A stretch of DNA of 64,000 bases from Camelus ferus (GCF_009834535.1 NC_045697.1:41852001-41916000); one strand, 5' to 3'; positions 38,128 to 52,260 are shown, counted from the first letter of the stretch. Notes: generated by a model from the letters alone, not told the origin. Made by a program: numbers and translations.

Positions 38128-38880
38128 TTTGCTCTAAACCCATCATTTTTGCCTGCTCTGTGAAAGCAGGTATGTTGCCTCCAAGAATGTTTCCTTTGCC
38201 CACTGGCACCATGTTAAAACTCTGCCAGTAGAGGGCATGAGAGAGACACTGCAGGAGCAGGTGGGCTTTGCTCCCTGGTTCCTGTGCGTTGGCTCTGAGG
38301 GTTCCTGCAGCACACGCGGCTTCCCCGGCACCCGGCTCTCCCAGGGTACAAAGGCTCCTCAGTGCCCAGGAGCTGCAGCTCCAGAAGATTCTTCTGCATC
38401 AAGCACCTGCAGTATATCCTGGTCCCAAAACTCAGTGGCCCGCAGTTTCCCTCTATATCAGCTCAGCCCCTTTTGTACCAGAGTACCTCCAGTCAGACAC
38501 CTCTCTGTGGACTTCCTGGCACCCGAAAGGACACATTTCAGGCAAGTTTCAAAGGGAGGACTTTCAGAAAGTTCTGCCAGGGCAGCACCACAGCGACTGC
38601 TCAGCCATCTAGTGAGCCAAGGCCATGCCCTCTCCAAAGAGGTCTGGATCTCAGCCTGGGGGGTCTGTGTGTCCTCGGGGCGCTCAATCACACCTTGAGG
38701 GGGCGCGGCTGCTCCTTGTATCTGCTTTGTCTGTATTCTTGAGAGTTCTTTTTACTTCTTACTGGCCATTCGCTTGATACACTAATCCTCTGTTACAGTC
38801 AATAATTCTTCATATTAAACTTTCCCTGTTCCAAAATTACTATGTGGTTTCTCTCTCCTGAGTGGACCCAAATTGATATA
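38128..38880 (+). mobile_element. ERVL solo LTR, LTR41-like
   Basis: ttgcctgctctgtga...cctttgcccactggcaccatgttaa...gccagtagagggcat...gacactgcaggag; ends attaaactttccctgtt...tgtggtttctctctcctgagtggaccc...tgatata; flanked by 5-bp TSD ccgtg/ccatg. Confidence 0.8.
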
Positions 38881-40659
38881 CCATGCCTGAGGGCTGGGCT
38901 ACCCTCGGCTTTCTCAGTTTTGTGATCTATTAAATTCAATTTTTTGCTGATGTTGGCTATAGCTGGGTTTTATAACTGAAACTGGAAAAGTTCTGATGTA
39001 AAAAAGTTCCATAAAAATTAATAAAATGGTTGCTACAGAGAAAATGATCTTAGAAAGTTCCATACGTGTAATTTTAAAAAATAGACTAGATAATCAAATT
39101 TAATTAACACAGATTCCAATTCTAGAAAACTTCTCAGCTGCATAGGAATGATGTAATAATGCTTCTGAATATGCTCTAAATTATTTTAAAAAAAAACTCA
39201 TGAGTAAATTTCACATCTTTGATTCGGGATGTTAGTATACGGAACCAATTTCACGCTACATACCTTGCCGCATGCAGTAGAGAACCCTTCTCTCAGGGAA
39301 TTGACACTAATCATTCTCTGGTGGTGAATCAATGTAACCAAGTAAATATTAAGTAGTTAATGCACTTATATTGATCTAAAGACTATCCAAGATAAACATG
39401 TGTCAATGGATAAAAAGCACATTTAATGTTAGACACACATATAGTAAGCTGAGTGTCCTTAAGCATAGAATTACTGTAAGTTATTTTTAGTTTTGGTTTT
39501 GTGCTTTTGTTATTATTTTATGTGTGTAGAGAAGTTGGTTCTTAGCTAAATTTTTCCACCATGCCTTGTTAACTAGAAACCTCTCCCATTTTTGGCATAG
39601 ATACAAGTTGTGTAGTCAAATTAAAAATGCAGAAGTCACAAAATCTGGATGATACCTTAAAGATACTTCCCAAGTGAGAAAAACAGCATACAGATAAATA
39701 GCCTTGTTTCAGATTCTGACAGCCCAAAACCAGGAAAGACCACAATGATTTGAATATGAATATTTAATAATTGTTGCCTATCTATTTCCAACTAAGACAC
39801 AACAAGCAGAAACAGTCAAGACAGAGTCTTCCACTAAAGTCAGATCAATAAATATTTCAAAATTTAATGAGATATTGAATAAAACCCTCACAAGTAGAGA
39901 ATCAAACTCTGGTTCACAAGCCTCCAGTGTCTGCTGTCAACAATGTGTGGGTAGGAGGAGTCACTAGCAAGGGTCTCACCCAAACTGTTCCTATGATTGT
40001 CATAAAAGGGATAGAGATCCTTCCATGGCCAAGAGTTAATAAGACTTCACTTCCTTTAGTCAGCCTGTCATCTCCTTCAAAACCAGGTAAGTGTCCAAGA
40101 GATTCTAAATTATTTGAATTAGAGGTCTTGTCACTGAAGTTTGGGGCAGGGTAGGGGCTGGAATAGGACAGAGATTTGACGTCTTCCTGGCTAACGTGGT
40201 ATTTTTAAGAAGTGACTTGATTGAGTTCTGCCATTAATATATCTGAATTTTACAGATATTTAGAAAGAATTCATGCATCCTTATCTTAATAAATTCTTTT
40301 GATGTTTTCAAGGAAAGGCTAAATTGGTATTTAAATTGAAGTTTTGTGTGCTTAAAACTTGGCTTTTATGAGTCAGAAACAAATGAATCAGGTATAATTT
40401 TCTTTTTCATTGAGTGGAGAGTATATTAACTTGGTCTTATACCACTATACATGGAAGACTCATCTTTCTGTTTCTGTTTCTGTTACTGTATTGTTTGTTT
40501 TCACATTGAAGTCCACCTACACAATAATAAAATGAGGGTTAAACGAGGGAAGATGGGAAAATAAAATAAAGAGTTCCAGCAGAATTGAAACCTGGTGGGC
40601 ACCCAAAACAGTGGAAAAGGGACACAATTATTATTTACTACAATTATGTTTTCTACTAC

Positions 40660-40835
40660 AAACTGTACATGTACTATCTCATTAGGCTTCACGACAGTCT
40701 CGTGATTATGGCATTATTACTCTTCCATGGAGAAAAAAGTCAAGGCCAAAATAGTCCACAATTAGGACTCCAGTTCAAACCCTAAATTCTTGGAATCTAC
40801 AACCCATGGTCTCTCTAATAAACCACACTGTCTTT
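40660..40835 (-). mobile_element. MIR SINE
   Basis: tatctcattaggcttcacgacagtc...attattac...ttcaaaccc...aaccacactgtct. Confidence 0.6.
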
Positions 40836-40899
40836 CAGTGGGAGAAAGAGAACAGAAAACAGAGCCAAGACAGAGAAAGAGAAAGTAAAGGTCATCAGG

Positions 40900-41065
40900 T
40901 TATCACCATTTATAAACATTTTTAACCTCTGGGTAACACTGATTCCTCTGTATGAACGTCGTGTGACTTTCTATATTCATGTACACATCAGTTCGGAGAC
41001 AAATGTCAATTTCAAAGTGTTAAAATGTGAAAAACTGTAACGTGGAGTGAAGGAGATAAGGCAGT
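40900..41065. mobile_element. Tc-Mar Tc2 (MER104/Kanga-like) MITE remnant
   Basis: tttcaaagtgttaaaatgtgaaaaactgt...gagataaggca resembles the reversed MER104/Kanga terminus; the left end has a mirror acatttttaacctctg. Confidence 0.45.
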
Positions 41066-44000
41066 GAGAGGTGACGTATTTCAGTTTACTGGGTGGAGCT
41101 TCCTTGTGCCTGGATGTTGATTACTACCCATGAAAAGGCTCTTCGACTACGCAATTTCTCTTTCCCAGGCCTTATACCTCTCTGGCTGCTATTTGAGGGG
41201 AATAACCCAATAAGTGCATGAGGGCAGATTTTAATTTTATTGGTTGCAGAACAACATTGTACTGAGCCACTGATGAGATGAAACAGGGGGCCAGACATGG
41301 TTACAGTGAGTGTTACTAATTTGAAAGATCACATAATGGAAATTTTCTGAGATGACCAAGATAATGTTTAAGTAAAAGAATCTGCAATGATATTTTGAAG
41401 ATAGCACATTTTAAAAGCATTATATACTACAATTATATTTGGGTATTAGTTTTTCTCCTCTTGTACTTTATTAATTATGCCACTGGCTACATAACTAATG
41501 TTACAAAAGGGTACCGAAAACATCAGCAGAATAATCTTCAGGGGTATATGGCGTCTCTTTTTCATTCTACCACTTTATTATTTCATTGAAATTCAGATAT
41601 CCCCTAGACAGATGTAAGTTGCACTATGAAAGTCACACAACTACCTTCCATAGACACAAACGACCCTAAAAGCAACAGAAATGGTAACAGAAAATAGACA
41701 CTTCCATTGAAAATCAAAATGTTTCTTTCTCAAAGTTCTGGAATGTATGAGTTTATCCCCTCTCTGTGATATCCATTTAGATTGTTTCATTAAGCTATTC
41801 AACATGCCTTTCTCCCTCAGCACAAGAAATACTGTTCCCTAAAAAAAAGGCAAAAGTTATATGATAACTCTTCTTAGTCATTACCTCATACAGTTAAATA
41901 AATCACAAAATTTCCTTCTCAGGTGAAGCCTCAATAAATTTCCTTTGGAATATTCTTATCTATATCCCTATCATTTTGCTATTCCTTTCCTTGTATTATA
42001 CATGCTGACAATGAATCATAAATTCTCAAAAAGAAGGCACTGCTTCTTGTGTGTGTGTTTTGGGCAACACCTAGCGTGCTATGGATAGTGGATTAATACT
42101 GAAGAAAACATTCTTAGGGACTATTAAGCAAAGTATACACAAGAGCATTCTTTCTTTTTTTTTTTTTTTTTTTTTTTGTAACAGGAAATGGCCTAATCTC
42201 ATTCCATCACATATTTTATCTAAGATAAAAAAAAAGTATACACAAACTGAGGGTCATAATTTTAAAGCTTTGAAGACTTGTTTAAAAATAGAATGTGATG
42301 GAAAAAAGTCTGCCAGGTACCATAAACAGAACCCAAAGAGGAAGCACTATCCTATCTTTTGATTTTTCTGTGGGAAATAAGGTTTAAAATTTCTACTAAC
42401 CTTATTTTCATTAATCTGGGCTATGTCTTACAAGCTTCGTATCCACCCAGGCCCCATATTTTAAAACCATATTCCCATATCAAAGCAAACAGCTCTAAGA
42501 AGCAATCTTATCTTAAAGTCCAGAACATAACACATGCTTAACTTTGTTCCCTTAAGGATTCCTCATTACAGAAACTTATTGTAAATAAGCAATTAGAATT
42601 ACTGCTGGCAGCACCTTGAAGTACACATTCTAGAGATATTTCACACTCAACTAAGTGCATCAAACTTACTACCTAGACAAAGTTAAAGCGCGTATATTCT
42701 GTATTATTCACGTTCATAGAAGTAGAGGGTAGTGAATGGCGTTTGCTGCAACATTTATGACCTCCTACAAAGACAAAATTTCATTTCTTTAAAATTTATT
42801 GGTGTTATGTAACTGGGAGCTAACTTATCTTTCAACTCTCAATTTATCTCACTGTCTCTAACTTATGGGGCCAGGAAAAATATTCCTCCATTTCAACAAG
42901 AATTTCTTAAGTACAGAAAAACAGTGAGTTCTCTGCCTACTGTGACATTCTTGAGCCTAATTAAATAGTGAAAGGGAGTTAAACAAGTCCAAATATTAGT
43001 TGATGGGTGCAATTTGTTGATGTACTTCAGTGGTGCATGACAACGACATCTGCCAGAGCTTCAAACGGTACTATTATACATCAACTTGATGATCCTGGAT
43101 TTCTAAAATAGGAAATATAGTAGCTCTTTGAAACCAGATATTTCCTTAGAAAATACAGCCAAACAGGGATAATGTTGGGAGGAGAGATATACCAGAAATG
43201 TTGTCTCAGTGAATAGCATTTTGGAATATTATCCATAAATTGTCATAATACCCTTCAAAATACCATTAAGGTGTGTACACCATAGAGAGCTGGGCTGGAG
43301 TAGATGGTGCATTCTTTTATTAGTTCCAGCTACTTTCAAGGGACAATCGCTACATTTCTTTTTAAAAGAAACCTGTCTGTACAGAAGATGTAACCAATGG
43401 GGGTTTTCCCAGGATAAGCAAAGGCTAGTTCCTTGAAAGCTCAACCCTCATAACTGTGTCAAATATAGGAAAATAAAGAACATTTTATTATAATTTTTCA
43501 TGTCTTATCTCCTCTTGATTGCTACAGAGCATTTTGTCTTGACTCTTGGCCTTTTTCACTCCATAGAATAGTCAGTCTCTCTGCTCCAGTTTTACAGAAT
43601 TTGGTAATGGGTAGAGAGCTGAGAGAATCAAGGAAAGAAATTGCTTGAAGCAGGAAGAGAAAATATTAAAAGGATAAGTGAGAAAGGAGGGGCCATGGGC
43701 TGGATTTCAGGAAAAAAATTTGAGGGTTCAGATAGGCTTTGAGGACAAATGCAAGAAATGAAAGAGTTTTAAGAGATAATGCAATGAATCAAGAATTGGA
43801 AATCTTCTAACAGACTTTACTGGAATTAAAAATTCTATTTACAGTTAGTGGGCAAGTTTCTTTAAAGCAGGCTATGCTATGAAGAGACCATGTGTGCCTT
43901 GGCTTTTATACAGGTAAAATCTGATACTCCATTTCTTTCCAAGTCTTTTATTTTGGCTGCTTTTTCAGGACAAGCATCTGTTGAATTCTCTTAATCCTGA

Positions 44001-44466
44001 TCACTAGGTTTTCTCTAAAATACAATTTTAAGAATTGTTAAAGCTTTAGATTTTTATTGGGGTATGGCATTACATTTTTCCATATTTGTATTTTTAAATA
44101 TAAAATTGCTTCTAGCTCACTCAAAAAAAGCTTGCATTATTGAAAAGAAAAGTCGAATCTCTATCCCATTCACTCCAATTATTAATTTTCAAGTGTCATC
44201 ATGATTGACACTTTTACTGTATGTTACTGCTCATTACTACATAAATCCATGAACACAAATTTATTTAATATTGTTTTTAGTTCCTTAAAATTTAGACCTG
44301 ACTCCAAAACTGAACAATAATAAGTTTTTCCATCAGGCTGGCTCCAGGGCTCCTTTAAGGGATATACAATGTGCAATCATACACTATTGACAGCCTCTAT
44401 ATTTATTTGGAAATCTCCATTTTCCATCAGAAACTTGAAGTGTTTTCTTGCCTCCGTGTCTATATC

Positions 44467-44840
44467 TGTATCAGTCAGGATAGGCTAAATGATGCTACAC
44501 TAACAACCAGTTCCATAACAAAAATTATTTCTGACTTACACCATTGTCCACTGTGGGTCAGCAGGAGCCTCAGCTCATCATACTCACTCAAGGACCCCAA
44601 TGTATGCTTCCAAAATCCCTGAGCAGTAGGAAGGGCACATGGTGATCTGGACAGTGACACCTAAAACTCCTACCTGGAAGTGAGACACATCACTTCTGTT
44701 CATTTTTCATTGGCTAAAGAAAGTTACATGGCCAAGAATAATTTTTTTTTTAAAAAGGGAAGGGGAGAAGTATAAGTCTGTTATATGACCAGAGAGCTGA
44801 GAGCTGAAAATACCTGATGAACACAATTCATGACTCAGTA
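44467..44840 (-). mobile_element. MaLR solo LTR (MLT1I-like)
   Basis: tgtatcagtcaggataggcta...ctggaagtgagacacatcacttctgttcatttttcattggctaaagaaagttacatggcca...tgatgaacacaattcatgact is the reverse complement of MLT1I. Confidence 0.88.
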
Positions 44841-46123
44841 TTTTAACACATATAATTTCTTTTCTGGGGTCACCTTCATATCCTAACCATTTTTTTGTAG
44901 AGAGCAAGATTTTACATTATTGGCTCCTATCTTTACCCTCAGATATGCATTTATGGTCTACATGAATATGCTACAGCAGCAGAATTTATAACACTGAAAA
45001 TACTGATAAGGCAGTTGTTAAAAAATATTTGAAGAAGACTGTGCAGATTCCTCAAATATGAACATTTAGTTCCAATCTATGGGCTTCCTTTTTTCTTTTC
45101 TTTTCTTTCTTTCTTTTTTTTTTTTTTTTTGTTTTGTTTTTGACAATTTGTTTTATACATTATTTCATGGTGTTCCTTTCTTTCTGTGATTCCTCACTTT
45201 TCTGTTGGGTTAAAAAGGGTGAAAAGAACAGAGTTTTGACCGACACTGAACTCTCAATATGTGGCACAAACCTGCCATTTGGATCTTACAGACCCTAGTA
45301 ATAACACATGTTTACTGATTGAGGTTAAATGCTTGATATAATTATTTTTAGACTGGGTTTTCATTTTTTCCAATCTGCTTCATGAAGAACAAAATCATAT
45401 GTGAAACAGTCACACTAAACTTGGCCAAAAACAAAGGGCTATGACTACAGTGCCTGGAAGAATGCTTATTCATTATTCCCTAGACTAGCATATTTCTCAG
45501 TAGAGACAAGAGCATATACTGTAGCCATGGAAAATCTGGGGAACTGGAGCTCTTGAAAATACCATTTATGCTACATCAAACTTGAGCCCACTCAGGCAAT
45601 GTAAATCTTTCCCATATGTGATGACTGCTTGTTGCCCAGATTCCAATTCTGAAAGAGACACTGAAAATATATCAAATACTCCCTTTTAATTTATACCAAG
45701 AGTCTGCAGCTGTCTTTATGCTTGCAGTTGAAAGAACAGTTCTCTAAAAAACTAGAAAAGAGAAATATCTCACTCTGGGAAGAGTAAAAAGATACAATCT
45801 TGTATTTCAGGTATAAATTAAAACCATTTTCCTATCCCAGAGTAGATCTAAATTTCAATAAAAATAAATTTCCCTTTAAATTGTAGATAACAATAAAATT
45901 AAAGACAGTCCAAGTACACGCTATCTAGAATTTTGAATTGCATCCTAAATTCTCAGTTTTGGCCCAGGATATTGTAATGGGGACCATTTTCATAACCCCA
46001 AATCAAGATATATGTGAGATAAGGAATGATCTATGCTGCTACATGAGGAGCAAAAGGCAGTCTGAGAGCTGTTATTTAGACAATGGATTGCCAAAATTCC
46101 CAAGGCATTTAAATGACTTAAAG

Positions 46124-46295
46124 CAGTGCTTTCAAAGTGTGGTCCATGGACCACCTGCATCATTATCACCTAGAGTTTTTGTTAAAATACATATTTCAGG
46201 GCCCCATACCAAACTAACTGAATCTGACAGTCTGGGCACAGGCCCAGAAATCTGCTTTTTAACTTCTTTAGGTGACTTTTGCACCTGCTAAAAAA
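46124..46295. mobile_element. MER5A/B hAT-Charlie MITE
   Basis: cagtgctttcaaagtgtggtccatggaccacctgcatca...gggccccatacc...actgaatc...ggcccagaaatctgctttttaac...aggtga. Confidence 0.9.
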
Positions 46296-49279
46296 TCTAA
46301 TATTCAAGGAGTTACTGAGAGAAGACAAGAGAAAGGAATATTTACAATCAGGGCATTGGAAGGCAGGCCAGAAATTCAGGCAAGGAAACATCCTTACTTA
46401 GACCTTAAAGCAAGGAGATATAAGAATCTAGTAGTCTTGGAAGAGAAAGTCATGGTTTAATAGGGCTTCCCAAGGGGATTTGGAAGAATCCTTAACGTTG
46501 CATCTCAGGAAAGGGAAAATCATCATCTCCAGCAACAGTTTCTACAGGGAATGCATTGAGATGGCTGGCGCTAACTTCCCCATCACCTAAGACCAGGATA
46601 GGCACAACCCTGCAGAATACCTGGCTTTCTCTGGTTACCGATACCTGTAATTTGCTCCTCTCTACTACCATCTGATTCACTGCTAGCTCAGCCCTGCCCT
46701 GCAGATTTGGGATCTCCTATTGCAACCTGAGTTCTTGCTTTTCTGGTGTCTTACTGCTTATCTAATGTCTCGTACCCAGGTGCTCGAAGAGCCTGCATCC
46801 TGCTTTCCATTTCATTCTTAAGAAGAGTGCTATGCATGAACTCCAGCCAATCTGCTGACCCATTTCCCTGGAAACCAAAGCCTGCTTGACCTTTGCTGCA
46901 TGCCTGTTCTTTGACTGCCAGCCATCCTGCTCTCTCTGACCGCCTGGATCTCATTTGCCACATCATAGTACCCCTGATGCTGATTGCTTCCCCAAATTAT
47001 AGCCCAATGTTGTCAAGCCTGGCAGATGCCGTGTCTGGTTTTCCAGAAAAGATTTTTGTTCAGAGCCTTCATTTGCACTTGCATGGAGTGGCACTCTCTG
47101 GTGCCACCCCCGTACACAAGTCTGCTTCTGCATATCACCCCCTCTCTGCACTCTGAGTAGCAGGAAACTGGACCATTGGGCCATATATAGGCCAAGAAGT
47201 TCCATAGATGTCCCAGGGGACCAGTGAAAACCTAAATAGGCCATGAGTAGGAAAATTCTCACATCAGTAAGTTAAGAACTCCTCAGAACTGAGTGCTTCA
47301 TAGGGAAGTTCTTTGCATGTACAAATTCAGCCTTTACTCTTTGAGGAATCTGTAAACCCCTGAGAAAGCCAGTACGTAATTTTTTTCCTTTCTGTCCTTG
47401 ATCTGTATGGAGCCCGAAGACTTGGAACAGATATGACTTTGAGGGCAGCTTTGTTGTGCTTTAAGAACCTGGGTAAAAGGGTCACTCATTACCAGTATGG
47501 GCTCAGTTTATAAGGCACTTTCAGACAGGCAACAATCCTTCTGAGCAATTTACCAAAATTTCAGCATTTGCTCCGTGTCACTTAAGATCACATCAGTAAG
47601 GAACAGAAAGATAACAGATGTTCCTGGTCCTTAGAGATCAGAATTTGGATGAAACAGAAACTAAAATATGGAGCTCTATTAAGCTGTCTAGGGTAAAGAT
47701 TCTCCTATAAGATTACTCTTTTCATCCCCTAATCCTCTCACTTCTATGCTCAAGACCTACACAGGTCAAATCCTACACTTTGTCTTTCTTGCCTTGATCT
47801 CTCTCCAGCTTCAAAGAAAAACAAGTATAGTTTAGATGTTTAATAAGATTACAAACTGTTAGTTCCACACTGGCATTTTCTATAGTAACACAGACAAGTA
47901 AGTAATTAGTTTAAGTAAAAAAAAAAGATTTCTGTGTAAGGAAGAAATGGATGTTGGTCTACAGAGCCAGGTGTATAAAGGGTAACTTCCTTATTCCTTT
48001 ATACTGTCAGGTGGCTGAAACTTCATCTTTGTTAATCCAGGGCCCTCACTGTCTGATGCTGTGGACATCTAGGGCTCCATGTCTGAGATGGGAGAGAGTG
48101 GGAATGCGGTCCAAGGCCATCATCTTCTGCACACGTGGGCACCTCTGAGATGTTGATTTCTACCTTCCTTGTCTGTTCCTGCACCTCGGTCCACAGACCC
48201 TGGGATGAAGTCCTCCCTGTCCTGACCCATGGCTTTCTCAGGTTTGACTCTAATGCTGCTCCTTCTTTTCCCCTCTTGACTGCATTTAGGGCATGGGGAT
48301 AAGCTGGGAGGCTGTCTTGGACATGTCTGATTAGATACTTATGTATAATGATGCAACACCACACAGAGCAGCACTAACAAGTGACTCTAGTTTTATACAA
48401 TGCATGCACTTCACATAGGACCAAGTCACAGATCCCTGCAAATCTGCCCCAGGTTTTCAGGTCTGTCTCTCATGTACTCGGGTCAAGGAGTGGGAGAAGG
48501 TGGCAGAACATGGAACACTTTCTTGGATGCTTACCATCCTCCAAGTATCTAAGATCCCTTTGCTTCCCTCCAATTTTTCCCTCTGGCCCCACTGCCTTGA
48601 GAATCATTATCTGCTCTTGGGGATGAGGTAAAATATCTGCTTTATTTTGTCATGGTTGTAGTAATTTAAACTTTAGATCCTGAGGATTTAAGAGTTAAGC
48701 TTTTTGAAACTCAAAATCTGTTGCAAACAAAAATATCCAAAGCATTTCTTTCTGAAGTATCCCTTTTCTGAGGCAATATTTATCATAAAACAAATGAGAT
48801 TCGAGCAAATATAAGAGGATAGACCATGAACGAACAGCTCAAAATATTTCTTGGATGTCTCAGCACTGAGTCTCAGCCTCCATCATCTGAAGGGACTGCT
48901 GAAACTCTGGTAAATAGTGAAGAAGTTAAAATAAACAAGTTTAATAAAACACCTGACTGGCAAAATGAGTGACGTGGTAAAAAAAAAAAAATAGCCATCT
49001 GCTTTATCATAAAATCTGAGTAAACATGAAATAAAATATCTGTGGAGCAAAAACGTGGAATATTTTACCCAGAGGGAAAAAGCAGCAAGCCCATGTTCTC
49101 CTGCCTTTGTCTTTCTACTTTCCAATTGACTAACCAGATGTCTAGTGTGGCAGGCTGGCCCACCCTTCACCATATCCTTGTATGGGAGTACCTCACATGG
49201 GATATGTGTCCTTTTGTAACAAGACTAGAGCAACACCGGGCCCCTGAATTCGGCATGTGTACGTCAGACACTGTGTTAT

Positions 49280-49600
49280 ACACTAGCCACTCACCTGTAG
49301 GACAAAGCCCCTGTTCCCCAGGAGGTTGCAGTGCAGTGGGGCTAGGGCAGCGGGCCAGTAAATAGGTTAAAACGCCAAGTGAGGGAAGCCACAGAAGAGC
49401 GCTGTGGGATTAAAGCATAGGGATGGAGTCAGGGAGAGCACCTCAGAAGAGGTAATGATTTCTAGAAAGACAGGGCTGAGCAACCATAGTCTAGGCTGAA
49501 AGATCACCCATGTGTGCAGATGACACACAGGGGCGACCGCAGAGATGCTGAAGCCGGGTGTGCACGTGAGAAAGTGGCAGAGATGGTGACAAGCCTGAGG
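49280..49600 (-). mobile_element. L2 fragment
   Basis: gacaaagcccctgttccccaggaggttgcagtgcagtgggg...agtcagggagagcacctcagaagaggtaatgattt (reverse L2 3' region). Confidence 0.65.
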
Positions 49601-51149
49601 GGAGGGAGGGAGATGCTCACTCTTACCGAGTTAGTTATCCCACGTGTCCCCCAATAGCTCTGTGTGTGTATGTTCATAAGAAATACAGGTTTTCATATTA
49701 CAAAACTGCCATAACATAATGTTAATACTTTCTGAAATGCACAAGTGTATCTCTGACACAGAGATTTGGTTCAGAGAGCACTGTGGTGCTTTGGGAGTTG
49801 CAGTTTGAGGATAAGCCATTAATATTTCATTATTCTATTTGGCATGTGTGTCACTAATTCCCATTTCGGGAGTTGAAGAAGTTTAAAGTCAAGTGTTTGG
49901 AAGGCTTTCCCTACCAAAAAGCAGTTCCTCTGAATGAAAAAGAGGATGGGCCTCTAACATACACACTGGATTCCAACGATTCCTGCTGACACGAAAAGAC
50001 AAGGGAGAAGGCAAGAGAAGACTTGGGTTTATTTCTATGTGGCATCAAGACTGTTCAGTGCAATTAATATTCCAAGAAGTTGTCGGCGTACCTGCAAGGT
50101 AGGTGCTCTTACAGAGGAAGCATGTTCTATACTTGCTCTATGATCACTGACAAGTCACTTGGCCTACTTTGGACTGTTCTGGTCATTTGAAGTATGTGGC
50201 TCAGTTACATCTTGAAGATCCCACTCAGCTTCCCTGTGGGATGATTTATGCAGCTTCCATGTGTAAGTAATTAATGAGATGATTGAGGAAATGAAATAGT
50301 CACAGAACCCTTTGATGCTAAGAAAGGGCCTAAGCCCTCTGACTGAAATAACTTAGCAGTCTCTGGGGAAAGCACTAACGGAGACAATTCGTGTAGCTTT
50401 CAGAAAACCCATATCGGATCCAAGGGCAAGAGGTCAGTGTATCTACCCAAAGTGACAGGCAAGAGTCAGTTTGGAAAAACTAAATTAACTGACTACCCTA
50501 GGATAAAATTATGGCGAAATAACCTTCCTGGCATACATCTGAAACCCCTTAATCATTACTCTGGAGCATTTCCACTTAAATTTGACTATGTCACAGCATG
50601 GATTCTTAAATTCAAAGAAAGAGAAGCAGTTTGCAAATGAGGCAGAGAGTCTTTTGTCAAATAGCCTGGGACAGATTTCTGGCTGCTCCAATTGTTTGCT
50701 TTGTGACTATAAGGTTGGGTCGTAAAGCACAAAGAAAGAAAATCACATAGAAACATTGAAAAGAAAAGTGTTTATCTGCATCATATAGTTTGTAGTTATT
50801 AAAAAAGAAGAAACACTTTGTTTAACTATTCTTGCTCTCCTTTCTTAGAAGGAAAAAAAAAAGGACAGAAGATGCTCTTGTCTCAAGGTGAAGTGAAGTA
50901 CCTGCTTACCTTTTGTTTCCCCATAATTTGCAATTGTGCCAAAGCCACTGGTATTATCTGGGTTTAACGTTCATGTAGATTTCTTCAAAAAACAAATTGA
51001 ACTCATGAAGAATTAACCAATCTCTTTAAGAATAATTGGATTTCATTTTTTAAGACTGTTTAGTGTATAAATCTAATAAAATGTGCTCTTTTGAGTACTG
51101 AATAAAGGAAGGCATGGAAAGTGCACAGCGCACTGGCTGGAATATGTGG

Positions 51150-51305
51150 GGTTCACTACATGTGAACCATTATTGGAACCCTTGTTTCACATGAAAAAAC
51201 TATAGCTTAGAACTATTCAGTAACTTGCATGTGATGGCACAGGTGAAATGTGCCAGAGCTGGGCCACAAATTCTGAAATTCAATTCCATAGCACTCACTC
51301 TTAGC
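51150..51305 (-). mobile_element. MIR fragment
   Basis: tttcacatgaaaaaactatagcttaga...agtaacttgc...gcacagg...gccagagctggg. Confidence 0.6.
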
Positions 51306-51789
51306 CGTCTACTAAGAACTCACTGAAAAGTTGGGGGAGAATATACATACATATCTCCTTTAAATTGTCAGCAGTGAGGATGATGGGTTGGAGTGGTATA
51401 GGATCGGAGCGATAAATTCTGAGCAAGATGGACGCCCTGAGATTGAAGAGAAAAAAATGCCAGGAATATAGAGTTTTTAATTCTATAATAACCATCACCT
51501 GGCTGTACAGGAAGTGAGGGAGGAGATAAAGATGAAGGGCTGGTTTGAGTGGGGGAGAGATATAGAGTCTGAAGCACTGGAATACCTGAGCCAGCATTGT
51601 ATAGGAGGTTCTGACCAGTAGGGCAACTGTGTAAGGCTGTACAGCCAAGTTGGGGCTGAAATGCAGCCCAGTTTCCTGCCGAGTCAGGGATCCTGATATA
51701 AGCATTGTGAGTCCAGAGGAAGAGGACCTTTCTTGTAACTCGTACAAAGGGTGGTTCAGAAGGGGTCTTGCTGACCAGGTCTCTAGATT

Positions 51790-52260
51790 GGGCTTTAAAT
51801 TGAATCCATGAGACTGAATGTCATCTTCTGAAGAAGGTATAAATGGGGAAATAAAACAAATACAGAGAAGGAAGTGAGAAGAAGACAGGAGCCATCTAAA
51901 GAGACTGAAGAAAAAAGAGGAAACCACAGGCTGGTACAAGATCCCAAATATCACACAGCAGAAATATTTCCAGAAGGAGAGCATGACGGTATATAGTAGG
52001 AATGGCAGAAAAAACAGAGGTGGGCACAGGAATAAGAAGCTGCTGGATTCAACTCTTAATTCAGCCATCATTAGCCACCTCTGAGAGATATTTTTCAGTA
52101 TTGTGATAGAAATAAATGCCAAACTATCACATTTAAGGGACTTAAGGATTAAATCCAATAGCAAAGAGAAAGTCAGAAGGAGGCAAGGAAACAGAGACAG
52201 AAAATACAAATTTTTCTTGGCACTGAGAAGAGAGAACTTGGTCCAGAAAGTTGAGTGTGT
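51790..52260 (-). mobile_element. L2 ORF2 (reverse transcriptase region) remnant
   Basis: The minus strand encodes DIQSHGFN (L2 RT segment just before YADD) and, in another frame, HALLLE (cf. DHSLLLE); purine-rich plus strand typical of antisense L2. Confidence 0.75.

Larger units (their letters stand above)
37800..38998 (+). mobile_element. MLT1J/K-like MaLR LTR split by an LTR41 insertion
   Basis: Left part agaatgaagccacccagaggaaagcaacactgagaaatgga...ggatctcaccgtg; right part resumes ccatgcctgagggc...ctttctcagtt...attaaattc...gctgggtttt...aactggaaaagttctga. Confidence 0.65.

Noticed and set aside
38143..38742. Cluster of overlapping ORFs up to 153 aa
   Set aside because: All lie within the GC-rich LTR41-like solo LTR; open in several frames because of composition; no recognisable protein.
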